Origin: Mobula hypostoma
Lineage: Eukaryota
DNA length: 64,000 bases
Direction of reading: 5' to 3'
NCBI RefSeq assembly: GCF_963921235.1
Contig: NC_086097.1
Span: 166,348,001-166,412,000, forward strand
Shown: in pieces, positions 22,393 through 34,577 of the stretch
Layout: each line of letters begins with the position of its first letter
How positions within the stretch are numbered: the first letter of the stretch is position 1
The notes under the pieces: generated by a model
Seen by the model: only the letters and a program-made list of their open reading frames with translations
Databases searched by the model: none
Told to the model about the DNA's origin: nothing
Program-made: the position numbers and the translations under genes

Positions 22393-24213
22393 CGAGCAGC
22401 ACTTACCGTGCTACATAGGGCTTATGTTGCCGGCAATCAGCAGGAGCTCAAGAAAAGCAGCTACAATCTGCACAGAGTTATCAAGACTGTGAAACAATAC
22501 AGGGACAAGATTGAGTTAAGATTCACAACGAATAGCACATGTGACTTGTGGCATGCATTCCATACCATCACAGACTTCGAAGCTATGCGTAGTGGTGTTG
22601 CCAACATCGTGGCCTCTCTCCCAGATGAGCTCAATCGCTTTTACGCTCAGTTCGATGTCGCTAACTCTGAGCCTCCGAGGAAAGCCACCGCTACAACCTG
22701 CAACCCGGTCACCTATGAGGCTGAGGTACGCAGATGTTTCCAACGAGTGGACAGGCGCAAGGCTGCAGGACCGGACAGCATCCCAGGGCGAGTAGTCAGG
22801 ATGTGCACAGCACAAACAGCAGGTGTGTTTAGAGATATTTTTAATCTTTCCCTCTCCCAGTGTAGAGTGCCCTCCTGCTTCAAATTATCCAGTATTGTCC
22901 CTGTACCAAAAAAGACCAAGGTAACATGCCTGAACGACAGGCATCCTGTTGCACTCACCTCAATAATAAGCTTTGAGAGGCTGGTCAAGGATTACATCTG
23001 CAGTTTTCTACCACCCAAACTGGACCCACTACAATTCGCTTACCGACACAACCGAATGACAGACGACACAATTGCCACTGCTCTACATACCGTCCTTACA
23101 CATCTGGAGAAGAAGGATGCTTATGTGAGAATGCTGTTCTTGGACTACAGTTCAGCATTCAACACCATAATTCCATCCAGGCTCATCAGGAAGCGCAGAG
23201 ATCTTGGCCTTGACCCTGCTTTGTGAAGCTGGATCCTGGACTTCCCGTCAGATCGCCGGCAGGTGGTAAGAGTGGGCTCCCTCAACTCTGCCCCTCTGAC
23301 CTTCAACACGGATGCCCCTTAAGCCCCCTCCTTTACTCTTTGTATACCCATAACCGTGTCAACACCCACAGCTCTAATCTGGTAATTAAATTTGCCGACG
23401 CCACTACATTGATCGGCCTAATCTCAAACAATAATGAGGTAGCCTATAGGGAAGAAGTCATCTCTCTGACACAGTGGTGTCATGAAAACAACCTCTCCCT
23501 CAGTGCTGCAAAAACGAAGGAGCTGCTTGTGGATTACAGGAGGAATGGAGACAGGCTAACCCCTTTTGACATCAATGGATCTGGTTGAGAGGTTAAACAG
23601 CTTTAAATTCCTTGGCATCCACATCACCGAGGACCTCACCTGGTCTGTACACACCAGCTGTGTGGTGAAAAAAGGACAACACCTCTTTCACCTCAGACGG
23701 TTGAGGAAGTTTGGTGTGGGCCTCCAAATCCTATAAACTTTCTACAGGGGCACAATTGAGAGCATCCTGACTGGCTGCATCACTGCTTCGTATGGGAACT
23801 GTACTTCCCTCAATCTCAGAACTCTGCAGAAAGTGGTGTGGACAGCCCAGTGCATCTGCAGTTGTGAACTTCCCATGATTCAGGACATTTACAAAGTCAG
23901 GTGTGTAAAAAGGGCCCGGAGGATCACTGGGGATCCAAGTCACCCCAACCACAATCTATTCCAGCTGCTACCATCTGGGAAACAGTACTGCAGCATAAAA
24001 GCCAGGACCAACAGACTCGGGGACAGCTTCTTCCACCAGGCCATCAGACAGGTTAACTCAGGCTGACCTGATTGTATTTCTATGTTACATTGACTGTTCT
24101 ATTCATTATAAATTACTATGATTGCACATTGCACATTTGGACAGAGACATAACGTAAAGATTTTTACTACTCATGTATGTGAAGGATGTAAGAAATAAAG
24201 TGAATTCAATTCA
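22393..24213 (+). mobile_element. Rex1/Babar LINE, 5'-truncated ORF2 pseudogene (RT plus C-terminal domain) with tail
   Basis: ORF 22360-23226 'KAAGPDSIPG...IVPVPKK...[12 protein letters not shown]...[16 protein letters not shown]', then '[12 protein letters not shown]...KFADAT' and 'LLPSGKQY', ending in an (AATTC)n tail. It is inserted into an older antisense Rex1 tail (22345-22392 and 24215-24600). Confidence 0.95.
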
Positions 24214-24423
24214 AGGTGCCATCCGTACATATCATTTCATCAGAAGTGCATTGTGGTTGTATAAGGGAAAATCAACAATAGAATGCAGAATAAAACGCAA
24301 CAACTACAGAGAAAGTGCAGTGCAGGCAGACAGACTATAAGGTGCAAGGTCATGATGAGCTATAGGTCATGAGGTCAAGAGTTCATCTTATTGTACAAGT
24401 GGACCATTCAATAACCTTATAAC

Positions 24424-24503
24424 CATAAGACATAAGAAAAAGACAAAGGAGCAGAAGTCGGTCATTCGGCCCATCGAGTCTGCTCTGCCATTTTATCATG
24501 AGC
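24424..24503 (-). repeat. CR1 3' tail fragment
   Basis: 'CCATAAGACATAAG...AAAGGAGCAGAAGTCGGTCATTCGGCCCATCGAGTCTGCTC' is the reverse complement of the CR1 tail at 60950-61033. Confidence 0.85.
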
Positions 24504-26017
24504 TGCAGTATCGAAGATGCCCTTGAGTTGATGGTATATATTTTTAAGCTTTTGCGTCTTCTGCCTGATGGGAGTGGGGAGAAGAGAGCATGCGAATAAT
24601 GAAATAACAGTGCAAGTAAATAAATACCTGGTGTCTGTTTTCATAGAAGAAATCACTAAGGGTGAAATTGCCTCCTCCTTCTCCTAACACCAATATTTGT
24701 TTATATTGTTGCAATTTCATTAGTCCTGAATATACATCTTCTGTTCTCTCTCTCTTTCTGTTAGGCACCCAAATTGACTTTAGCTGATATTTTTCTTTTC
24801 ATTATGTCTGTAGCTTTTACAATGAATAGATCCATTGATCCACCATACAACCTTAATACTGAGTTTTAAACTGTGTTTGACAACAATGTCCAATGCAAGG
24901 TCTTTCAGATAGAAATGGCATCTTGTAATATGGCTATTAGAACAGCTGGAAAAGGATGTTACAGTCGTTATCTGAGCTTTTGTTGGATATCAAAACTATC
25001 ACTTTAAATGTTTCTGCCATTCAGTAACATTCAAATATATTGAAAAATTATCAAAGCTTAAACAAGGTACTTTTTTTCAAAAGTATTTTGAAAAGATTTG
25101 TTAACTTCTTCAATTAAAGTATAAATTAATTGACACCTTTCTTTCTCACATCCCTTCCTTTCCTTTGAAGTGAATGAACTCAATCAACCTGTAGCCTATC
25201 TAATCTGGGGCAGATTCCCCAGCAGAATCAAAGTGCTGGGGGTCTTCCACAGAGCAATAGCACTCTGTTGCAGGACTCCATGGCAAGTAAATTGCAGTCA
25301 GGGAGCCCCAGGGTTACATTTGCTGGAGGTTCATGACTTTTCTGATCATGTGCATGTACATGTAAGCATTATGCTTCTTGGCACTTAGATGGGGGAATAT
25401 TACCATTTATTAAAAAAAATCCAGCTCTATGGCTTTCCGTAGCATTTGTCTCACCAACAATATAACAACTTTGCAGGAGATCATGTTCAGTGCTCTCAGA
25501 ATGACAAACATCTCCTCAGAGAGAGATTTTAGAACTCTCTTCTCACAAATATACACGTATTAGATAATGGCTCAAGCTCCTCTACCTTTGAGGTTAGAAA
25601 GATAAATGCTTAATTAAGTCTATGAATGTTCAATTATTTTCTGAATTTTCTTAACCTCAAAATTTGTATAAAGATATTTGTTTTTTTTAATTCTTTTGGA
25701 TAATGTCCAAAACATTGCATACGATAAAATCTTAAGGCTCAAGAAAATAGCATAACAGGCAAATAAAAGCATCCGACAAATAAACATGCTTTGACTGAAA
25801 GTTTAGATTTTCTGGCAATAAGACATTACATTAAAATATTTGTTTGATCACACTGAGTATACAGTCATTGACTCATTCGGCACAGAACTGTTCCTTCAGG
25901 CACCATGTCTATGCTACCTTTTTGTCCATCCACACTGATCCCATTTGTCTGCAGTAGGTTTTCTGGCAGCTTGTTCCAGATATCAAATACTTCCTGTGTA
26001 ATGAAAAGCCCTCCTCA

Positions 26018-26830
26018 AATTCAAGGTTCCCAGTACATTTATTATCAAAGAATGTATAAATTTATACAACCTTGAGATTTGTCTGCTTACAGGCAGCCAC
26101 GAAGCAGGAAATCAGAAAGAACCCAATTTTAAAAAAAAGAAACACCAACACCCAATGCGCAAAGAAAGAGGAAAACAACCACAAATCATGCAAACAATGG
26201 AAGCGAGTAACAACATTCCGAACCAAATAAGTCCTTAGACCTGGATCCCCGAAGCAGGCTGGAGTAGGCCAAATACCAGTCTCAGTTCATCATATTAGTG
26301 GGGCAGATCGCCACAAATCACAGACATGAAGCACAGCAGATTGAGCAGTCTTACAACCTCAGCACCGTGGAGAGAGGGGAGTGAACATTGCGGGAGACTG
26401 AACAAAATCAGCCCGACTCTTGTCTCTGGTCCTGACATGCTGCCGTTCCACTCTATCTGGGCCAGCGTTTAAATTGTCCAAAAGTCAAATCGTGCCTCAC
26501 TCTAGGACCCGGGCTCCACCACAGTGAGATGCTCTGGGCCTAGACCTCACAACCCAGCCTGAAGCCATTCTTGATCTCTCATAATTGACTCAGTGTTAGA
26601 GCAATCCAGCCTCACACCCAGGTTAGTTGGATGGTTATCGAAACTTCTCTGCCTCGGCCCTTTCTCTCCAAATCGGTCACTACAATTCCATCTATATCAA
26701 ATTTGCAACGCACCAGCATGACTTATCCCCTGAATTCACTTCGCCTTCGCTCACCTTTTCATTGTTGTGGTGATGGTTTACAACAAGTTACTTCAGAAGA
26801 GGCGTTATTAGTAATGTTTTTAGTTGAGAT
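26018..26830 (-). mobile_element. Non-coding LINE-tail-bearing (SINE-like) repeat
   Basis: Its tail 'AGTACATTTATTATCAAAG...ATACAACCTTGAGATT...TTACAGGCAG' is repeated at 26838-26960. Body 26470-26830 is similar to 56265-56608. Confidence 0.6.
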
Positions 26831-26979
26831 CTCTCCAGGTTCAAAGTTCAAAGTACATTTATTATGAAAGTAATAATACATTATACAACCTTGTGATTCA
26901 TCTCCTTACAGGCAGCTGGCAAACAAGAAACCTAAAAGAACCCATAAAAATTGAACAAACCCCCAATGTTCCTTCTTTT

Positions 26980-27672
26980 CAAAGGTTCAAAGGTATAATT
27001 TAATGTCAGAGAAGTGTGTACAATATACATCCTGAAATGCTTTTTCTTTTCAACTATCCATGAAAACAGAGGAGTGCCCCGAAGAATGAAAAACAGTCAA
27101 ATGTTAGAACCCCAAAGTGCCCCCCAGCTCCCCCATCCTGCGTGTAAGTGGCAGCGAGCAACAATCCCCTCTCCCGCCACTGGCAAAAATAAGCATTGGC
27201 ACCCGCCACCGAGCACTCAAGTGTGAGTAAAGCAACAGCAACAACACAGACTTGCAGTTACCCCAAAGACTTCGTATTTCACATGGTATTCGACATACCA
27301 CAGGTTCTCTCTCTCTCCCTAATAAGGGAGAAGGAGGTGTCTCCATTTTCCCAGTGACTGGGGAGACATAACAAACAACTCGCTGGTTTATGATGTTAAA
27401 CGTCTGCCTCATCGCTTTTTTCGAGCTCTGTGCCCAAAAAACTGGGCACGCAGCTGCAGATAACCCGACTTCTCCAACGACACATGGGTCTCCTGTTGTG
27501 ACACTGACCCTCGATCCGCCCGGCTCCAGAGCCTGAGATCCTAGGCTTCCGAATCCGAGCCGGACTCTTAGGCCGAGCCTTTGGCGTGCCGAACAACGGC
27601 CAGTTGTGAAACCCCAAGAGCGGGTCCCATTCCCGCAAAGAACCGTAGTCAGCGCGTAACTCCAGGTCAGGA
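26980..27672 (-). mobile_element. GC/CpG-rich non-autonomous LINE-derived repeat
   Basis: Begins with a (AAAGGTTC)n tail and an AT-rich 3' UTR-like block in minus orientation. The body is CpG-rich with no recognisable ORF. Confidence 0.5.
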
Positions 27673-27934
27673 TCTTTTTATTTTTATTTTTGATACGCCT
27701 ACCTGAAGGAAAAGATACTATCTACCTTATGTATGCCTCTTAGAAATTTATATAGCCTCTTACATTTAAATTATCTCTCTCCTCCTCCTTCGCTCTAAGG
27801 GAATCAAACCCAGTTATCCAATCATTTGTCATTCTAAGGTCCTCAAATCCAAACAATCTGGTGAATCTCCTTTGTATTTTGTAACTGTGTCCTTCCTATC
27901 GTGTCTAAATAGTGTTTTTTAAAAGTTGTGACAT

Positions 27935-28170
27935 AAAGTCATAGAGTCATGTAGTCCAGAAACTGGCCCTTTGCCCAACTTGTCCCTGCTGACCAGGATG
28001 CCTATTTGCTTCAGTCCCATTTGCCTGCATTTGGCCCATATCCCTCCAAGTCTTATCCTGTTCATGTACCTGTCCAAATACCTGTTAAATTTTGTTAATG
28101 TACCTACCTTGACCACTCCTGGCACTTCATTTCAGAGATGCACCACCCTCTGTGTGAAGAAGATGTGCCT
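27935..28170 (-). repeat. CR1 3' end fragment
   Basis: 'FFTQRVV', 'GTLTKFNRYLDRYMNR' and a (CTATGACT) tail. Confidence 0.85.
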
Positions 28171-28364
28171 CTATCCACTCTCATGTTAAACCTACCTCCT
28201 TTAGTTTTCCTCGTGTTTGTCCTTTAGTTTTTACTTTCTTAGAAGTTAAGGAGGTTCAGCTTATCACCAAATACTCTTACAAACTTCTACAGATGCCCTG
28301 TTGAAACTATCCTAACTGGTTGTATCATGGTCTGGTGTGGCAACTTTGGCATAATGGTGGTGCC

Positions 28365-28910
28365 ACACAACATATGGAAGCTCTCAAGCTGAAGCAACGA
28401 TTAAGACTCAATGGGTCAGGCAGCATCTGTGGAGGGAAATGGACAGTTGATATTTCAGATCATGGCCCTTCATCTAGACCAAAAGAGCGAGGGGAGATAA
28501 CCAGTATAAAAAGGTAGCAGAAAGGGGTAGAACAAGAGCTAGCAAGTGATATGCTGATCCAACTGAGGAGGGGGCAAAGAGGCAAATGGAGGAGGGAAGA
28601 ATGGAAACAGTGACAGGGGCTGGGAGGTGATAGGTGATGTCATCTGATCGGAGAGGAAAGTTGAGCATGGAATAAAATGAAGGAGTGTTTTGGGGAGATG
28701 GGAACAGTGGAAGGAGGAAACCCAGTGGGAGGAGTGTATGGGAGGTGGGCAGATGAAGAGGGTGGTGGAGGAAATGGATAGATCACAAGGAAAGAGAAAA
28801 GGGACAAAGGGATAGAAGTTCATCTGAAATTGGTGAATATAATGTTCATACCATCAGATCATGGATTACCCAGGCTGAATGTCAGCTAGTGTTCCTCTAC
28901 CTTGAATTTG
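28365..28910 (-). mobile_element. Penelope-like 3' fragment (endonuclease C-terminus, pyrimidine-rich UTR, decayed hammerhead repeat)
   Basis: Minus strand 'KVEEH..TFSLG...DGMNIIFTNF' at ~28820-28910 parallels the end of ORF 232-462. 'TAGATGAAGGGCCATGATCTGAAATATCAACTG' lies at ~28444-28476. Confidence 0.78.
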
Positions 28911-30129
28911 AAGTCAGGACTTGGAACATCATATTCTCCAAAATAATAGCTGTATCAGTAAAACGGTAAAATGCAAATTTCCTCAAACATTCTCAGTCCT
29001 ATAATAGAGCAGCAATGGCAAAAACCATCGAAGATCACTAATAACTTCACTACATTGTAGTTTGTGGTCTTATATGTTAATCCACAATAGATGTAACACA
29101 AGTAGCACTCAGCATGTAACAACAGTCTATCTATCTTCAGAATCACATTAGTACCCTCACAATTTTGCAGCCCTTGACAATTTGAATGCTTCATGACAAA
29201 CGAGAGTGACAGAATAAGACCTAATGTGAGTATTATGGCAACAGATTCTTGCTGCCTGAATGCACATAGACTACATTTTGTTGTAGTGTATACAAGATAG
29301 AGTTCCCTATCTTGAACCATTAGAACCAGTTCTCACATAACCACCAGGGCTGATTGCATTGTTGTTATTACCAAGAGTCAGCATAAAGTGCACACATTCC
29401 TCTCCTCTGTAACTTTCCTCTGGTGTGGATTGTATTCTCTATGAATTCTTTTCACAAAAAAAGGCTTCCAATTACTGGGCATGCTTGTTGGAAAGATTGA
29501 TTTGGAATTTCTGATAAAATACACTAATTCTCTCTCATTTGTTGTCCAAAAAAGTATATTGAAGGATGAAATATTTTCAAAACATCAAAATATGGCAATC
29601 TTGTCAAGGGTGTATGAAGAAAAATTGGAAATAGAGAGAAAAAATAGAGTTTGAAAAATCACAGATGACAATGCCATAGAGAATTCAGTCACAGCAGCCC
29701 TCTTTGCCACAGTGATAAGGACCTACACCAGGGATTGATCACAGTTCAATTTACTTCATGTAAACTGCTGGAACTAAGAAAATCCTTGTGTCTAATGATA
29801 TGGCATGTTTTCAAAGTTCAGCAAACTCACCCCTTTGATCTCCAATAAAGTGACAGTGTTGTCAAATTTCTTTGGACTGTTCGGCTATATTCAACAGCTA
29901 TCGAGTCATCCTTTCACATTCAATTCACACAAGAAAAGAGGAGTAAGAATTGTTCAGGTGTCCCCTCAACCTGCTTGCTGTTCAATTTGACAATGACTGA
30001 TTTCTCCCAAGCCTTAAATCCTCTCCTGTTCTAGTTCCACGTCATCCTCAATTCCCGAATCTTTCAAAATTGTAGCTACTTACTTTTTAAAAAACTCTAG
30101 TGATCAAGCCTCTACACCCTTCTTTGCAA

Positions 30130-30430
30130 TGGGTCGTTCCATCATGGGATGAATTTGGAAGCTCTGCAAAGGTGCAGAAGGGGTTCATCGGGATGCTGCC
30201 TGGATTAGAGGGTAAGTGCTATAAGGAGAGGTCGGGTGAACATTGGCTGTTTTCTCTGGGGCAGCAGAGACTGAGAAAAGATTCAACAGAGGTTTATAAG
30301 AATATGAGAGGCATAGATAAACAGCTGGTATGTATAATACTAGAGAGCACGTAATTATGATATTGCGAGGCAGATTATACAGGCGGTGGTGGGTACCTGG
30401 AATGTGCTGTCTGGAGTAGTGGAAGAAACT
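30130..30430 (+). repeat. Degraded CR1 ORF2 fragment
   Basis: 'KVQKGFIGMLPGLEGKCYKER...LFSLGQQRLRKD.TEVYKNMRGIDK'. Confidence 0.8.
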
Positions 30431-30511
30431 CACAGTTTTAACTGACCGCTCCCCTTATCTAGTAACTATGTCCCCTAGTTTGAGACTTTCCCATAGCGGA
30501 AACGTCTCAAT

Positions 30512-30590
30512 GTCGGGACACAAGAGAATGCAGATGCTGGAATCTGGAGCAACACACAAGATGCTGGAGGAACTCAGCAGGTCAAAGCAA
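30512..30590 (-). repeat. Penelope-associated terminal repeat fragment
   Basis: 'ACAAAGAGAATGCAGATGCTGGAATCTGGAGCAACACACAAGATGCTGGAGGAACTCAGCAGGTCA'. Confidence 0.8.
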
Positions 30591-30779
30591 TATATAGAAC
30601 ACAGAACATAGAACAGTACAGAAGAGGAATGGGCTCTTCTTTAAAATTCCAACAATCACAGATTCAACTTCTTTAGCTGTTTATTGGAGGACAGCCCTCT
30701 CATCCCAGAATTAGCTGAGTGAATCTCTTCTGGACTCTTTACAAAGGTGATAAAAGTTCCTTCTTGCTCATTCAAATTG

Positions 30780-31135
30780 TTGTACTAGGCCAATTGATGC
30801 GATCAGTCAGCATACTTTCACGAGTATATCTGTCGATGTTTGTTAGTGTTCGGTGATAAATTGAACCTCTTTAACCTTCTAAGAAAGGTGTTTCTTCCTT
30901 GTAATTATATTTATGTGCTGGGCACAAGTCAGGGCATTTATATGTTAATACCCAGGAATTTAAAGCTGATGATCCTTTCCACCACCAGTCCACCTACGTA
31001 GACAGGTTCAGGTTCTCATTCCTATGCCTTCCTGAAGTCAACAATCAATTCCTTCGTTTTATTGATATTGAGGAAGAGGTTATTGCTGCAACACCACTCT
31101 ACCAACTCATCACCGCATATGATTCGTCCAACAGA
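30780..31135 (-). repeat. Degraded Rex1 RT-end fragment
   Basis: Minus strand '[24 protein letters not shown]' and 'FKFLGIN'. Confidence 0.7.
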
Positions 31136-32304
31136 AATGGTGGTCCGAAAGTAATCTAGAAGTTTCAGGGGAGTCGTGAGGTGGAATGGAAGGAACTTTA
31201 CCAGATCTGATGTGGTAGTATTTGATCACATCACGAGCTTGGGGTGTTGAACTTTAACTTTCAAATCTCTGCTGAACAAAATCAGTGTTGGCAGACAATC
31301 ACACTGAAGCAGGTAAATTATTTTTTCTACTGAGACCTCTCTCCCTCTAATCTGTTGGAGTTTATAATGCTGAATCAGAACTAAACAAATATCAAAGTGG
31401 TCTCTAAAACACTGTAACAAGGAAGTCTGCAAGTCATCTAAGGTCTGTGCAAGGCTTGGCCAAGACCACTCAAAATGTCTGTTGGGTAAATGCAAAACTT
31501 TTTTTGGATACTGTGAGGTACCTTCAGATGCAAGAGGGATGTCTAGGACTTTATGGCCCAAACTATCTATCCTTTCTTGATCCCTGATCAATTCAATGAT
31601 ATCAGCTTCCTAAAGATGTGATAGAAATGGCCTGCAATTGTTTCTTCCCACCATCACTGATAGTTTGGTGGGGAAATAGTTCTGCAGGACATTAGGAAAG
31701 TTCACTTTATCCAAGGGCAAAAAAGAGGAAAAGATATTTATTGGAAATTGAAAATATGGAAATTGTTAACTTGGTGCAGAGGTTCATAGTGACCTCATTG
31801 AAAGAAATGGAAATTTAATGCTACAGATCAACATATGCTTGATTAAAAGCTCTAATTTCAAATCGAATTAAATGCCAAGGAAATGAGTGGGTGACTAGAG
31901 GTAGAGCATTGCACAGCATGTTGAAAAGGGATCATTTCTGGATGGAGGCACATTCATTGGGGTAAATAAAATGATAATAGACTGCAGAAAAACATGTTAC
32001 AGTTACAGAGAAAGTGCAGTGCAGGTACACAATAAGATGCAAGGCCATAACAAGTTAGATTCTGAAGTCAAGAGTCCATATTATTACACTATTGTTCCTC
32101 TCTGTGCCTTGTTTGGCACATTGGGTGATAACCTTGCCATCTCTTTAATGTTTGTCTGTTTTATGAGGCTGTGTTGGTAGCTCAATGCTCAGTTCAGCAC
32201 AGATGGAAAGTACGCAAGGACTTGGCTTCTCTTGTTCCACAGTCCAGGTGTGGATACTACTACTTATACTATGGAGCTGTTCAACGGTCTTATAACAGCA
32301 GAAT

Positions 32305-32930
32305 CAGAATCAAGTTTATTATCACTGGCATGGGTCGTGAAATTTGTAAACTTAGCAGCAGCAGTTCAATGCAATACATAATATAGAAGAGCAAAAATAA
32401 AATAGTAATAACTAAATAAGTAAATCAATTACAGTATACATATATTGAATAGATTAAAAATTGTGCAAAAAACAGAAATAATATATACTTAAAAAGTGAG
32501 GTAGTGTTCAAGGGTTCAATGTCTATTTAGGAATCAGATAGCAGAGGGGAAGAAGCTGTTCCTGAATCACTGAGTGTGTGCCTTCAGGCTTCTGTATCTC
32601 CTACCTGATGGTAACAGTGAGAAAAGGGCATGCCCTGGGTGCTAGGGGTCCTTAATAATGGACACTGCCGTTCTGAGACACTGCTCCTTGAAGGTGTTCT
32701 GGGTACTTTGTAGGCTAGAACCCAGGATGGAGCCAACTAAATTTACAACCCTCTACAGCTTCTTTTGGTCTTGTGCAAAAGCCCCTCCGTACCAGACAGT
32801 GATGCAGCCTGTCAGAATGCTCTCCGTGATACATCTATAGAGGTTTTAGAGTGTGTTTGTTGACATACCAAATCTCTTCAAACTCCTAATGAAGTATAGT
32901 TGCTGTCTTGCCTTTTTGATAACTATATAT
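32305..32930 (-). mobile_element. Rex1 LINE 3' end (non-inverted half of a 5'-inverted insertion)
   Basis: Closely similar to 41110-41740. Minus strand 'KKARQQLYFIRSLKRFG...SILTGCITVWYG'. (ATTCTG)n tail at ~32300. Confidence 0.92.
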
Positions 32931-33342
32931 GAAACAATGTTGATTGGGGACAGATTCGTCTGTGTAGGATCCCACGCAGGAAACGTGGCTGCAGGTCCGG
33001 GATACAAGTGCGTTTAAGGTAATAGAGTTTTAAACTTCAAGTACCGACTATCTTGCTGGCAAATACGCAGTCTCTGGTGAATAAAGTCAATGATCTGAGA
33101 GCTAGGGTGCTGAATCAGAGAGACATTAGAACCGCGTGTGTCCTTTGTTTCGTGGAATCCTGGTTAGCCCCTTCCATACCGGATACTGCGATTCCGATTG
33201 ATGGGTTTACTATACACCGTCAGGATGGATCTATAGAGTCTCTCAGAAGCAGAGGTGCAGGAGTATGCCTCATGATCAACTCTTCTTGGTACACAAATAT
33301 ATCAGTGCTGTCCCAATTTGGTTCCCATTTGCTTCAAAAGGC
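32931..33342 (+). mobile_element. Rex1 LINE apurinic endonuclease N-terminal fragment (inverted 5' part)
   Basis: 'LLANTQSLVNKVNDLRAR...CVLCFVESWL...DGFTIHRQD...RGAGVCLMINSSW' are APE motifs. It is joined to 'VPICFK', which continues at 33963. Confidence 0.88.
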
Positions 33343-33962
33343 GGGAGAAGAAGATGGTGGCGCGCTGCGCGTGCGCAGACCTCCGGTGAAAAATGATATC
33401 GTATCTGTTAAATAGGGGCCGTGGACAATTCTGTTTTGATGGAGAATGGACGTGAAAGCACAGAGGAACATCTGGAGAAATTTCTGAAACGCCTGTTCGC
33501 TGCTGTCGTTACAGTGTGGTTGGGAGTCTTTCGGAGGGTAGGCCTTAAAATCCCCGGCCTTGCCTGCTTTTGGCGACCAAGAAGGAGGTCGAATCGTCAG
33601 ACAGAGATGGCGCTCAGTACTCGGTGTTGGAGAGCTGATCAGAGTTCGAAGTTTTTCAGATGACTCAGAGTCGGATTGTGGTCGGCATGGCAGGGAGAGG
33701 TTTTCTTCCTTCTCCCATCTGCGTGAGATGTTGGACATTTGAGAAACTTTGGACTTTACTGTGCTCATGGACTTCTTCATCAAGTTATGGTATTGTGCAC
33801 TATTGTAATTATATGTTATAATTATGTGGTTTTGTCAGTTTTTTTTCAGTCTTGGTCTGTCCTGTGTTTTGTGGTATCACACCAGAAGAAATAATGTATT
33901 ATTTCTTAATGCATGCATTACTAAATTACAATAAAAGAGGCCTACATGTCTTCATAATCCTA
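33343..33962 (+). mobile_element. Full-length ~620-bp non-autonomous retroposon (non-tRNA SINE-like) with 7-bp TSD
   Basis: TSD AAAAGGC at 33336-33342 and 33963-33969. Head GGGAGAAGAAGATGGTGGCG. A homologous copy lies at 49107-49788 (-). Confidence 0.82.
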
Positions 33963-34577
33963 AAAAGGCAACAATTATACCAGTGCCTAAGAAGAATAAT
34001 GTGAACTGCCTTAATGTCTATTGCCTGGTAGCCTCACATCGATGGTGATGAAATGCTTTGAGAGGTTGGTCATGACTAGACTAAACTCCTGTCACAGCAA
34101 GGACCTGGACCCATTGCAATTTGCCTATTGCCACAATAGGTCAACGGCAGATGCAATCTCAATGGCTCTTCACACGGCTTTAGACCAATTGGACAACACA
34201 AACACCCATGTCAGGAAGCTGTTCCTTGACTATAGCTCAGCATTTAATACCATCATTCCCACAATCCTGATTGAGAAGTTGCAGAACCTGGGCCTCAGTA
34301 CCTCCCTCTGCAATTGGATCCTCAGCTTCCTAACTGGAAGATTACTGTCTGTGCGGATTGGTGATAACATATCCTCCTCACTGACGATCAACACTGGTGC
34401 AGCTCAGGGGTGTGTGCTTAGCCCACTGCTCTACTCTCTATATACACATGACTTTGTGGCTAGGCATAGCTCAAATACCATCCATAAATTTTCTGATGAT
34501 ACAGCCATTGTTGGTAGAATCTCAGATGGTGACGCGAGGGCATACAGGAGTGAGATATGCCATGCAGTGGAGTGGTG
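33963..34577 (+). mobile_element. Rex1 RT fragment (inverted 5' part, continued)
   Basis: ORF 34021-34593 '[18 protein letters not shown]...[12 protein letters not shown]...[19 protein letters not shown]...KFSDDT...VEWC'. Confidence 0.93.

Noticed and set aside
22360..23226. Longest ORF (288 aa) as a host gene
   Set aside because: It is Rex1 ORF2. The start codon comes from an unrelated antisense repeat tail, and the RT is frameshifted downstream.
25170..25371. Possible exon (pyrimidine tract, AG, open frame, GTAAGC)
   Set aside because: The peptide is unrecognisable, and such site pairs arise by chance in 64 kb. No supporting neighbour exons.
31226..31591. 121-aa minus-strand ORF in unique DNA
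   Set aside because: Non-ATG start, no motif and no splice support.
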